The notes under the pieces were generated by a model. It saw nothing but the letters and a program-made list of their open reading frames with translations. It did no database searches and was not told the DNA's origin. 32,000 bases of DNA from Cuniculiplasma divulgatum (GTDB lineage Archaea > Thermoplasmatota > Thermoplasmata > Thermoplasmatales > Thermoplasmataceae): NCBI RefSeq assembly GCF_900083515.1, contig NZ_LT671858.1, positions 390,001-422,000 on the forward strand. The letters run 5' to 3'. Made by a program: the position numbers and the translations under genes. Shown here piece after piece: positions 1 to 8,611 of this stretch; position 1 is the first letter of the stretch; the number at the start of each line of letters is the position of its first letter.

Positions 1-397
1 GTGCAGTCATTCTTCCTGAAAGAAAACCTCCGCCTGAATAATTTCTGAATGGTCCATACTTGAGAAACAGACTCAGATCTCCATGTCCTGGCCTGGGCCT
101 TTCCCTTAACTCATCATAATGTCTTTCAATGACATCTTTGTTTCTTATAAGCATGGTAATTGGCCCTCCATCCGTGTAACTGTTATTAATTCCCGAAATA
201 AACTCCACATTATCTGTTTCCTTTCTCTGGGTGGTAAGTGAACTCTGTCCAGGAGCCCTTCTTGTCATCCACAGATTAACAACATTCTCATCCACTTTGA
301 AACCTGCGGGTATACCATCAAGAATGCAGCCTACTGAGGAACCATGGGAAGATCCAAATATTGAAATGGAAATTCTGTCCTTAAATGTAAAACTCAT
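1..397 (-). CDS. aroC: Chorismate synthase, N-terminal part (gene continues beyond the left edge of the window)
   Basis: Absent from the ORF track because it is open at the window edge. Reverse complement from ATG at 397..395 reads MSFTFKDRISISIFGSSHGSSVGCILDGIPAGFKVDENVVNLWMTRRAPGQSSLTTQRKETDNVEFISGI...HYDELRERPRPGHGDLSLFLKYGPFRNYSGGGFLSGRMTA. This matches the chorismate synthase signatures (FGESHG; RRRPGQS..TxRxExD; RPGHAD..KYG; GGGRxSxRET). Confidence 0.85.
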   Translation of the reverse strand, partial: MSFTFKDRISISIFGSSHGSSVGCILDGIPAGFKVDENVVNLWMTRRAPGQSSLTTQRKETDNVEFISGINNSYTDGGPITMLIRNKDVIERHYDELRERPRPGHGDLSLFLKYGPFRNYSGGGFLSGRMTA

Positions 398-465
398 TAA
401 GGAATGAAATACATATAGTCATAATAGACTTTTCACGGGTATCTAGGAGAGATAAACCCCCATCC

Positions 466-1371
466 TCAATTATTAGGGAGCCTTTTTCCCTCGACGGTTG
501 AAATGAGCATCTCAAGTATCTTACCTCTTATTATTGATGGATCAATGGTGTTAAACTCTCCCTTTATTAGAATCACATATGTATTTAGAGTTGTTTCATC
601 AATTGCCAGAAAAGGTTCGTTTTTTAACTCTGACATCTGTTTGAGGTTTTTCAGTATATCATCCTTCACAAGTTCAAACTTCAAATATTTTGGAATTTCA
701 TATCTCACCTGTACAACTGGTGTTTTTGAAGTAATTCTATAGGCACCCTGTGTTAGGACATTATTCGCTATCTTTACTACTTCTCCTCCGTCTGTAACCA
801 GAGTAGTATAATTTATGCTGATATCCTTTACCTTCCCAACAAATCCGTTGTTATAAAGGAAATCGCTCGAAAAATATTTTGGGGCTACCACTGCAAAGGA
901 TATGCTAAATTGCCAGGCATGGATCCAGACCCTGTCACCTATCTTAAAGGGACGGGTGAGGATAAGAAGTAACCCTGCAAACTGATTAGCAAGAACACTC
1001 TGAGATGCAAGACCAATAACTGCAGCAAGGAACGTGCTTCCAAGTATGATTGATGAAATATCGATTCCGAAAGAAGCAATTACTGCCAGTGCTATTATGA
1101 AATATCCCACCATACGGACCATGAATACTATGGGGTGCAGTGTTGCCTCATCCATGAACCTTCCAAGGACCCTTCTTATGTATGTGAGCACAATTCTAAT
1201 AACAACATAGGAAATTATTGCTATAATCGCAGCATCAATGAACTTTGAATAAGCTGGAGGTATTATTTTCAATATTTGAGTTACAACAAAAACAACAATA
1301 AGAAGACCAGCAAGCAGGACGATTAGTGATCCCAGTGCAAGGAAACGGTCTTTTTGCTTCTTATTATCCAT
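466..1371 (-). CDS. Small-conductance mechanosensitive channel (MscS family)
   Basis: 301 aa. Hydrophobic N-terminal helices are followed by the MscS beta-domain pattern PFKIGDRVWI...GKVKDISINYTTLVTDGGEVVKIANNVL. Confidence 0.8.
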   Translation of the reverse strand: MDNKKQKDRFLALGSLIVLLAGLLIVVFVVTQILKIIPPAYSKFIDAAIIAIISYVVIRIVLTYIRRVLGRFMDEATLHPIVFMVRMVGYFIIALAVIASFGIDISSIILGSTFLAAVIGLASQSVLANQFAGLLLILTRPFKIGDRVWIHAWQFSISFAVVAPKYFSSDFLYNNGFVGKVKDISINYTTLVTDGGEVVKIANNVLTQGAYRITSKTPVVQVRYEIPKYLKFELVKDDILKNLKQMSELKNEPFLAIDETTLNTYVILIKGEFNTIDPSIIRGKILEMLISTVEGKRLPNN

Positions 1372-1471
1372 CGCTGATTAATGCTTTTTTCCGTTAAATA
1401 CTTTTTAATGAAGAGTAATTTGTTAAAACACCCATATGAGTCCTCAATTGTGACAAACGAATATAAAGTAG

Positions 1472-2368
1472 TCAGGCTGTTTCTGGAAAGTATAACTTGG
1501 TTTTTCCATTCACAAATGGTCTTACTATGGTACCAACTTTAAGGCTATGGTAACCCATTACATGAATTATAACATTATTTTCACCACATATTCTGACTGC
1601 ATCCGGATGAATAATTCCACCCTTAATAGAATATTTTGTTGCCTCTTCATAGTCCATTTCACCAATGGGTGATATTGAACTGATCAGCCTTGGATCAGTT
1701 CTATAGATCCCATCAACATCCTTGAATAAAATAAGCTTATCTGCTCCGAATTTGACTGCAAGGACTGAAGCCACATAGTCACTGCTATTTCTTCCAGCTA
1801 TTGCAACCTTTCCAAATTCATCAAGTCCATAGAATCCAGTGGTTATTATTGTTTTTTTGCCGAGATATTCTTCTAATTTTTCATTTCGAAGTTGTATGGA
1901 TCTATCGAGATCAATTTTATTCACATCATCTACTCTCCTGATTAATATTCCAGTTTCTATGGAATCCATGTAAATCGCATCATAATGATCTTCCAAATAT
2001 ATCGTGCAGACAGCTCCGGAGATCTGCTCTCCAAGTGATACATAAAAATCAATGTTGCATTCATCTACTTTTTTTGTGAAATCTCCTACGCCTGAAAATC
2101 TCATCAATGACAGTATCCTGTTAAATATGAAATCTTCCGTTTCAAGATTCCTCTTAGACAGCTCTTTTGAATATCTCCTAATAAGAGCCTCGACGTATTC
2201 TGATCTATGCAGACTGTAATAGGCACCATACAATGCATCAGTCACTCCCTTGAAAGCACTCACAACTATTACATTAAATGGCCAGATCTTTGATATTTTA
2301 TCAAGCTGACCCAGAGAATCTATGTCTGTAAGACAAGATCCTCCAACTTTCATGACACTAACACTCAA
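1472..2368 (-). CDS. Aspartate kinase, catalytic (amino-acid kinase) domain only, with no ACT regulatory domains
   Basis: Shows MKVGGSCL, VVSAFKGVTDAL and GRNSSDYVASVLAVKFGADKLILFKDVDGIYRTDPR, which resemble aspartokinase motifs (KFGGTS; VVSA..G.TD.L; GRGGSD..A; TDV.G..T.DPR). The TTG at 2368 overlaps the asd stop (TTGA). An ATG at 2353 (MKVGGS) is an equally plausible start. The protein ends about 295 aa in, immediately after the kinase fold. Confidence 0.7.
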   Translation of the reverse strand: MSVSVMKVGGSCLTDIDSLGQLDKISKIWPFNVIVVSAFKGVTDALYGAYYSLHRSEYVEALIRRYSKELSKRNLETEDFIFNRILSLMRFSGVGDFTKKVDECNIDFYVSLGEQISGAVCTIYLEDHYDAIYMDSIETGILIRRVDDVNKIDLDRSIQLRNEKLEEYLGKKTIITTGFYGLDEFGKVAIAGRNSSDYVASVLAVKFGADKLILFKDVDGIYRTDPRLISSISPIGEMDYEEATKYSIKGGIIHPDAVRICGENNVIIHVMGYHSLKVGTIVRPFVNGKTKLYFPETA

Positions 2369-3387
2369 GAAATTGCCCCCCTCATCTTTGACACTATCTC
2401 AGCATTGAGAATTGAGGCACCTGCTGCCCCTCTTACCAGATTGTTAACCAGAATTATTAGAGATATATATTTCCCAGAAACTCTTATCCTGCCGACCTTT
2501 ACCTGCATTTCCTTCAGGACATCATCCGAATTGGAATCAAGAAGCGGTTGAGGTCTATCATTACCCGGGACAAACATGATACTCTCTTTAGGAAGAGTTG
2601 GAAAATGTCCTTTCAGGGAACCATTTCCATAGTTTTTGATTTTATTCAGCACCAGTTTCTCATCAACATCTTCCCTCACCTCTACAGTGGCTGAGATTAT
2701 ATGACCAATCTTAACTGGAACCCTTGTCGCCGTAGCACTTATGTTTAAGGATGATTCATGCATCTTACCATTACTGATCTTCCCAAAAATCTTCTTCGTT
2801 TCTTTTTCTAGCTTCCCTTCTTCTCCATTTATGAAAGGAATTACATTAGCGAGTATGTCCATAGAAGGAATACCCGGATAACCCGCCCCACTGATTGATT
2901 GAAGAGTAGTTACGGTTAAATGCTGTGGCATCAGATCAAAAATTGGATCAATTCCAAGACTCAATCCGATTGTACTGCAGTTTCCGTTAGCAACTATAAA
3001 TCCATCATCTTCATTTATCACATTCAGGTGGTCACTGTTTATCTCTGGAACTACCAGGGGAATAGCTTCATTCAGTCTGTTAGCAGAAGCATTGGTAAAA
3101 ACCCACTGACCATGTTTTGAAAGTTCTAGCTCAATCGGACCAGCATTCAGATCACTGATTGCACTGAACACTATATCATGTTTTGCATTAACTATATTCT
3201 CAACGGTAGAATCCTTAACCGTCAGTTCATTAGATTCTATGGATCCTGCTTTCATCAATAATCCAGCGGAATTCTTTGAAGCATAAATGCCATCTACCCT
3301 AAACCATGGATGATTTTCAAGAAGTTTAAGAAAAGTCTCACCAACCAGACCGGTACATCCCAACACACCAACACTGAGTTTATCCAT
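2365..3387 (-). CDS. asd: Aspartate-semialdehyde dehydrogenase
   Basis: 340 aa. N-terminal Rossmann motif VGVLGCTGLVG, active-site cysteine region NGNCSTIGL, SISGAG motif, and a C-terminal dimerisation region. It sits directly upstream of, and coupled to, the aspartate kinase gene. Confidence 0.9.
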   Translation of the reverse strand: MDKLSVGVLGCTGLVGETFLKLLENHPWFRVDGIYASKNSAGLLMKAGSIESNELTVKDSTVENIVNAKHDIVFSAISDLNAGPIELELSKHGQWVFTNASANRLNEAIPLVVPEINSDHLNVINEDDGFIVANGNCSTIGLSLGIDPIFDLMPQHLTVTTLQSISGAGYPGIPSMDILANVIPFINGEEGKLEKETKKIFGKISNGKMHESSLNISATATRVPVKIGHIISATVEVREDVDEKLVLNKIKNYGNGSLKGHFPTLPKESIMFVPGNDRPQPLLDSNSDDVLKEMQVKVGRIRVSGKYISLIILVNNLVRGAAGASILNAEIVSKMRGAIS

Positions 3388-3651
3388 TCTAAAACCTCTG
3401 ATAGGAACAACATTCTGGATGAAAATTACCTACAGTAATATCTACCACATTAGAATGTAACAACCTTTTAATTTTTCTGCTTTCTCTGTAATATCTATCT
3501 GAATTAATGAAGGTCTTCTGTTCCATTTGTACATGGATTTTTCTTCTATATTTCTTATTTTTCTCATAACTTATGATTACAGGTAATTCTATAATCTATA
3601 AATTCATCTATATATAAGTAAAACTTTAATTCACCCAGTGGATGTGATTTA

Positions 3652-4272
3652 ATGAAAGATGAGTTTAAAATAATAACAAGGGAAAAGAAAACCTTCGAAA
3701 ATGGACTATCAGAGATAATAGCAATCGAATTCAGGGAACCGACCATGATCAAATTCGAATCGGATGAACCACTAAAGGATGGTGAATTGCTTGAGGTAAG
3801 GGGGAGTTATGTTTATCATAATGGCATTCAAATTGGAAAAATTAAGATCATGAAATCTGCGAATGATGTGAAAGCAAACCATAATTTTGACATAAAATAT
3901 ACAGGAGGATACTCGCTCGATGGTACGACAATATTTCTGGATGAGCATTTTCCGGAGGAAATTGAAGTGGAGAATAAAAAAATCAACACAATGCTAACCA
4001 TAGGCTATCACCATGAACTGCCAGAAAAGTGGTTATCCGATGAAAAATTTGAATATCCTTATGCTCATGAAAAGGCCACAGGGATAGAGAAAGAATTTGT
4101 AGAATCACTTGGTGTTACATGGAAAGGATACTGTTCAGTTGTGGACAGAAATCTAAGAAACGTATATTCAAAAACACTGGAAAAATCTCCACCATCACTG
4201 GACCTTGCTCCCTACCTTTACTGCAGGGATAAGGAAGCACTGAATGAAATCAGGAAGAGTTCTCCAGAATAG
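3652..4272 (+). CDS. Hypothetical protein (206 aa), no family recognised
   Basis: ATG start preceded by a partial SD-like ggatgtga and by TATA-like tatatataag about 35 nt upstream. Amino-acid composition is balanced. It is convergent with the next orphan gene. Confidence 0.5.
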   Translation: MKDEFKIITREKKTFENGLSEIIAIEFREPTMIKFESDEPLKDGELLEVRGSYVYHNGIQIGKIKIMKSANDVKANHNFDIKYTGGYSLDGTTIFLDEHFPEEIEVENKKINTMLTIGYHHELPEKWLSDEKFEYPYAHEKATGIEKEFVESLGVTWKGYCSVVDRNLRNVYSKTLEKSPPSLDLAPYLYCRDKEALNEIRKSSPE

Positions 4273-4277
4273 AGGTT

Positions 4278-4832
4278 TTACTCAGAGGTTTTAACTTCAT
4301 TATGCAGGAAGACGAACCTTGTCTGATTGAAGCTTCTTGCAATTTCAAGATCCTCAAGTCGTTCTCTTTTCATCTTTCTTCTTATCCTGTTTACCGTAAT
4401 TTTCATGTCCCTGAAGTAGTGGTTTATGTTAAAATAAACCTCAGCTTCAGTTATCTTTATGGGACATTCACCAGTGTAGTTCAATGTTCCCATAGGATCC
4501 TCCGGATTAATAACCACCATTGCAGATCGTCCTATGAAATACCTGTGAATGATACCTCCTCTTATAATTCTGTAGGCTTCCTTTGCATTTACCCTGGAAT
4601 AAGCCTTCCCTGCAAAGCCGAGATATGACTGAAAATTCTTGTTTGACTGCCCGGTACCAAACACAATGTTTTCGGTCTCACCATTAATTATCCTTCCCAT
4701 CGCTCCAAGTACTTCAGAGTATGCAAAGAGTGAAATAATGGAAGTGTTTGGTAACCCATTTCTTATATTTATTGATATATCTCTGTACATGCTTTTCTTT
4801 ACAACATCTTCAAAAAAATCCGACATATTCAA
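4278..4832 (-). CDS. Hypothetical protein (184 aa) with an R-x4-H motif (possible HEPN-like domain)
   Basis: ORF with plausible composition. Contains AYRIIRGGIIHRY (R91..H96, nt about 4545-4562) after an N-terminal helical segment LFAYSEVLGAMG, and has a basic C-terminal helix RIRRKMKRERLEDLE. Two antisense ORFs in the track (4302..4628, 4639..4869) are S/L/F/C-rich shadows. Confidence 0.5.
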   Translation of the reverse strand: MNMSDFFEDVVKKSMYRDISINIRNGLPNTSIISLFAYSEVLGAMGRIINGETENIVFGTGQSNKNFQSYLGFAGKAYSRVNAKEAYRIIRGGIIHRYFIGRSAMVVINPEDPMGTLNYTGECPIKITEAEVYFNINHYFRDMKITVNRIRRKMKRERLEDLEIARSFNQTRFVFLHNEVKTSE

Positions 4833-4972
4833 TTCTAAGACGATCTCTCTAAGCGAAAACTGTTATTAATCTCTTTCCTGTTTTTGCATCAAGTCTACTT
4901 ACACCTGGAAGTTAAAGATATGTTGATTTTGAAAATAGAAACAGTAATAACTTTATTGAATATTATGAAACG

Positions 4973-6034
4973 ATGAAAGGAATAATCCTTCACGGAGGCA
5001 CCGGGACAAGACTCAGGCCACTCACATACTCCGATGTTAAACAGCTGCTTACAATTGCTGGAAAACCCACCAGTGAATACGGTCTTTTACAGATGGTTGA
5101 CATTGGGATTAAAGATATAGGAATAGTCATAGGCAAAATAGGAGGAGAAGAGGTTAAAAAGTATTATGGGGACGGATCGAAATGGAACTCATCTATCGAG
5201 TACGTTTTTCAGGAAAAACCACTTGGTATTGCTCACGCCATATCTCTGTGCAGGAATTTAACCAAGGATGATGACTTTCTTGTTTACCTTGGGGATAATG
5301 TGATTCAGGATGATCTCAGTGAATCATACGAGAAATTTCAAAAGGAGAAATATGACGCATTTCTTATTCTAGTAGAGGTCAAGGACCCATCCAAGTATGG
5401 TGTAGCAGAAGTAAATGGAAATCTAATTACCAATTTAAGGGAAAAGCCAAAGGATTCAAAGAGCAATCTTGCTGTTACTGGAATTTACTTTCTGAGAAGC
5501 TCTGTTTACAAATATATTGAAAAGCTGGTACCATCAGCCAGAGGCGAATATGAAATAATGGAAGCAATGCAATCAATGATCCTAGATGGAAAGAAAATAG
5601 GATACAAAATCATAAAGGGGTGGTTCAAGGACACTGGAACAGTGGAAGATTTCATTGACTGTAATATGCTCGTTCTGGAAAGTATAAAGGGTAACAATGA
5701 CAGGGAAAACCAGAATATCAAGGGCAGAGTTGAAATGGGTTCAAATCTGATAATTGACTCTGAAACAAAAATACTCGGACCATGTTATATAGGAAACAAC
5801 GTGAACATAACCAATTCTTTCATTGGTCCATATACAAGTATAGGAGACGGTTGCTCAATAAAGGGAATTGATATAGAGAATTCAATAATTATGGAAAATT
5901 GTAGGGTAGAGTTTGAGGATGGTAGAATAATTTATGAAAGCATAATTGGTCCCTCATGTTCAATCAAATCAGGAAATTCCAAGACAAAAAGAACAAAATT
6001 GGTACTTGGACGTGACTCAAAGGTGGAACTCTAA
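4973..6034 (+). CDS. rmlA: Glucose-1-phosphate thymidylyltransferase-like sugar nucleotidyltransferase (long form with C-terminal left-handed beta-helix)
   Basis: N-terminal MKGIILHGGTGTRLRPLT (the GxGTRLxPLT nucleotidyltransferase signature) and VYLGDN. The C-terminus has hexapeptide-like repeats (IGNNVNITNSFIGPYTSIGDGCSIKG...). Its stop abuts the rmlD start (TAAATG). Confidence 0.8.
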   Translation: MKGIILHGGTGTRLRPLTYSDVKQLLTIAGKPTSEYGLLQMVDIGIKDIGIVIGKIGGEEVKKYYGDGSKWNSSIEYVFQEKPLGIAHAISLCRNLTKDDDFLVYLGDNVIQDDLSESYEKFQKEKYDAFLILVEVKDPSKYGVAEVNGNLITNLREKPKDSKSNLAVTGIYFLRSSVYKYIEKLVPSARGEYEIMEAMQSMILDGKKIGYKIIKGWFKDTGTVEDFIDCNMLVLESIKGNNDRENQNIKGRVEMGSNLIIDSETKILGPCYIGNNVNITNSFIGPYTSIGDGCSIKGIDIENSIIMENCRVEFEDGRIIYESIIGPSCSIKSGNSKTKRTKLVLGRDSKVEL

Positions 6035-6856
6035 ATGAAAGTATTAATAACAGGATCTACAGGCCAGCTTGGCTCGGAAATGGTGAAACTGTTTGACGAT
6101 GTTGTATCTTCAGAGAGAAAGTTACTGAACCTTGAAAATCCATCTAAAGTTTATGAGATCCTTGATAGAATCAAACCGGCAATGATCATAAATTGTGCAG
6201 CTATGACAGATGTGGATGCTTGCCAGACTAACAGGGAAAGGGCTTACAACATAAATGCAGCATCTCCTTCGGTAATGGCAACGTATGCAATTAAAAATAA
6301 CATAAGATTCATTCATTTCTCAACGGACTTTGTCTTTAACGGTGAGGCAGGAAATTATTCTGAAGATTCTGTACCTGATCCAATAAATTATTATGGAATG
6401 AGCAAAATAATGGGGGACATGGCAGTTGAATCTGTACCCAATCATCTCATAGTTAGAACATCTGGTGTTTATGGTGTTAAGAACAACTTTCCAGTTGTGG
6501 TTTATAAAAGGCTAAGGGATGGAAAGGAGGTGAGGGTGATAGATTCATACTACTCACCAATACACTCTAAAAATTTGGCCAGGGCAGCATCTGAACTAAT
6601 TAAAAGCAACTTCAGTGGTAGGATAAACATAAGTGGTGAACGCATTTCAAGAAAAGATTTTGCACTCAGAATTGCTGATTTTTTCAGACTGGATTCTTCA
6701 AAAATTATAGAAAGTCAGGAATTTTCGGGGCAAATTGCCAGGAGACCTAGAGATTCGTCTCTGAATATTGATGAGGCAAGATCTGTTCTGAAATGGGATT
6801 TTTATAGCGTGAAGGCCAATCTTTCCCAGATGGATGTGAAGAATCTATCTCTTTAG
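6035..6856 (+). CDS. rmlD: dTDP-4-dehydrorhamnose reductase
   Basis: MKVLITGSTGQLGSE Rossmann motif, INCAAMTDVDACQ, FSTDFVFNG, and NYYGMSK (YxxxK catalytic pair), at the typical RmlD length. Confidence 0.85.
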   Translation: MKVLITGSTGQLGSEMVKLFDDVVSSERKLLNLENPSKVYEILDRIKPAMIINCAAMTDVDACQTNRERAYNINAASPSVMATYAIKNNIRFIHFSTDFVFNGEAGNYSEDSVPDPINYYGMSKIMGDMAVESVPNHLIVRTSGVYGVKNNFPVVVYKRLRDGKEVRVIDSYYSPIHSKNLARAASELIKSNFSGRINISGERISRKDFALRIADFFRLDSSKIIESQEFSGQIARRPRDSSLNIDEARSVLKWDFYSVKANLSQMDVKNLSL

Positions 6857-6858
6857 CA

Positions 6859-6883
6859 TTCCATAATTTGTTTGGTTATGGAA
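6859..6883 (+). terminator. Perfect 8-bp hairpin (TTCCATAA / TTATGGAA, 9-nt T-rich loop) immediately after the rmlD stop
   Basis: Read directly: ttccataa tttgtttgg ttatggaa, starting 3 nt after TAG at 6854..6856. The terminator role is an inference, because archaeal termination usually relies on T-runs and here the loop is T-rich. Confidence 0.3.
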
Positions 6884-7001
6884 CAAATTAATTACATTAA
6901 ATCTAAATAGAGTTTTAAGCTATATAAAAAATGATATATTTTCTATATACCTCTATATATGTTTCTTTAAATACTAATAATTTTTAAATATTGGTTTGTA
7001 A

Positions 7002-7691
7002 TTGCATAAAATGGTAAATTACCACTTCCTGAAGAAACTCATGGTCATAGGGGAAAGGCAATCTTTAATCAACATGGAAAAGTATCTTTCTCTGGCTAGT
7101 GAAAACTCAAAAATGCTTATGGAAATCTTTGAAAAGCCAGAATCTGAAATTCAAAGTATGGTGAAGAAAATTGGACAAAACGAAAAGGATGCAGATGAAA
7201 TTACATTGAATTTAAAAAGAGACATAACTTCAGGAGCAATTGGTTCAACACTGATGGACAATTTTTTAACACTTATAGAAAAGTTCGATGACATAATTGA
7301 TAAGACATACTGGATTGCCAGAGAAATGTCCAGGGCAAAGGATAGTTTTATAGCAAACGGGTTCCATATGGAGCCAATAAAGGGATTTTATGCCAGTTTC
7401 ATTAACATTCTGGAGATCAATCTTGAAGCCATAGAAAAAGTAAACAGGATGCTTGAAGTGGCAGATATTGACCAGGTTAAGGAAGTCAGGGGAAATATCC
7501 AGGATATGGAGGAAAAAGTGGATGAAATCAAAGATGGAATCATAGATAGGCTTTACAGGACATCAGAAAGTATTTCATACCTGATGTTTAATCACATCAA
7601 CTCTATAGTGCACACCCTTGATGACCTTCTTGATAACTGTGAGGATATATCTGATCTTGTTCTCAACACAATGCTTTCAGTATCCAGATGA
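7002..7691 (+). CDS. PhoU-like phosphate transport regulator (DUF47-type, PiT-associated)
   Basis: All-helical, E/D/K-rich protein of about 205-229 aa. It overlaps the downstream PiT permease gene by 4 nt (ATGA), the classic pairing for this family. The start is uncertain: TTG 7002, ATG 7011, or ATG 7074 (MEKYLSL). Confidence 0.7.
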   Translation: MHKMVNYHFLKKLMVIGERQSLINMEKYLSLASENSKMLMEIFEKPESEIQSMVKKIGQNEKDADEITLNLKRDITSGAIGSTLMDNFLTLIEKFDDIIDKTYWIAREMSRAKDSFIANGFHMEPIKGFYASFINILEINLEAIEKVNRMLEVADIDQVKEVRGNIQDMEEKVDEIKDGIIDRLYRTSESISYLMFNHINSIVHTLDDLLDNCEDISDLVLNTMLSVSR

Positions 7692-8590
7692 TTTCACTTT
7701 ATATTGCAATCGCTCTTATTGGCATATTGAGCGCGGTCGTTTCAGGCAACAATATTTCTGCGGCTGTAGGCACTATAGTCGGCTCCCGAATTGTATCAAG
7801 ACATTTTGGGCTTACACTTGGGGCAACAGGTTTTTCTCTTGGTCTGATCATAGAGGGAAGATTTCTCTCAAACTCATTATTCCTCATAATGCCTGAAAAA
7901 AGCAATCTGATACTCATAGTACTTGGAGTATCAATTATAATGTTCATTATTGCAACTTTAGCTAGAATACCGCTTTCTCTCATAATGGCAATAGTTGGTA
8001 CATCCATTGGAATAGGACTGAGAACAGGGTATAATTATGATTCCCTGTATGTAATAATGATAATTGCTCTCTGGATCGTGGCTCCTATTCTCGCCATATT
8101 ATCCTCATATTTTCTAAATCTTAATCTGAGCAAGATAGGCGTAAAGAATGTATGGGCTACAGCAAGATTCTATAAACTATTTCTTGTAACTATCTCGTTC
8201 CTAACAGCTTTTACTCTAGGGGCAAACACTTTTGGCCTTCTCGCCTCACTTGAAAGGTCATCATACTTAACCATCCCCACAATGATAATTGCAATATTTC
8301 TAGGAGCTGCATTCATGAGCAGCGGAGTTATCCGAAGGATTTCGCAGGATATGTATGGCATGAGATACCAGAATGCAACCGTATCGCTTCTCGTATCAAG
8401 CATTCTGGTGGAGGGTGCCACATTTTTCGCACTGCCGCTTCCAAGTACTCAAACACTCACATCAAGTGTCTTCGGGACAGGTCTTTCTTATAAAACGAAG
8501 GCAATGCAGATAAGACCATTTTTGATCATTGTAATCATGTGGGTCGTATCACCACTTCTTGGCATGGCTCTGGGATATCTGATTGCATAG
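7688..8590 (+). CDS. Inorganic phosphate transporter-like permease (PiT family)
   Basis: 300 aa and polytopic. N-terminal GNNISAAVGTIVGSR resembles the PiT signature GANDVANAFGTSVGS, with a second-half echo in LGANTFGLLAS. Coupled to the PhoU-like gene. Confidence 0.8.
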   Translation: MISLYIAIALIGILSAVVSGNNISAAVGTIVGSRIVSRHFGLTLGATGFSLGLIIEGRFLSNSLFLIMPEKSNLILIVLGVSIIMFIIATLARIPLSLIMAIVGTSIGIGLRTGYNYDSLYVIMIIALWIVAPILAILSSYFLNLNLSKIGVKNVWATARFYKLFLVTISFLTAFTLGANTFGLLASLERSSYLTIPTMIIAIFLGAAFMSSGVIRRISQDMYGMRYQNATVSLLVSSILVEGATFFALPLPSTQTLTSSVFGTGLSYKTKAMQIRPFLIIVIMWVVSPLLGMALGYLIA

Positions 8591-8611
8591 TAAATCCAAT
8601 AAATCTTTGGT

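Noticed and set aside
3564-3752. A 62-aa minus-strand ORF spanning the asd / orphan-gene spacer
   Set aside because: It overlaps the 5' end and promoter region of the better-supported + strand ORF at 3652..4272, has hydrophobic low-complexity composition, and lacks upstream signals.
7618-7896. A 92-aa + strand ORF bridging the PhoU-like and PiT genes
   Set aside because: It is an alternative frame across two genes with clear family motifs, and it is Cys/Arg/Tyr-rich, consistent with an out-of-frame artefact.
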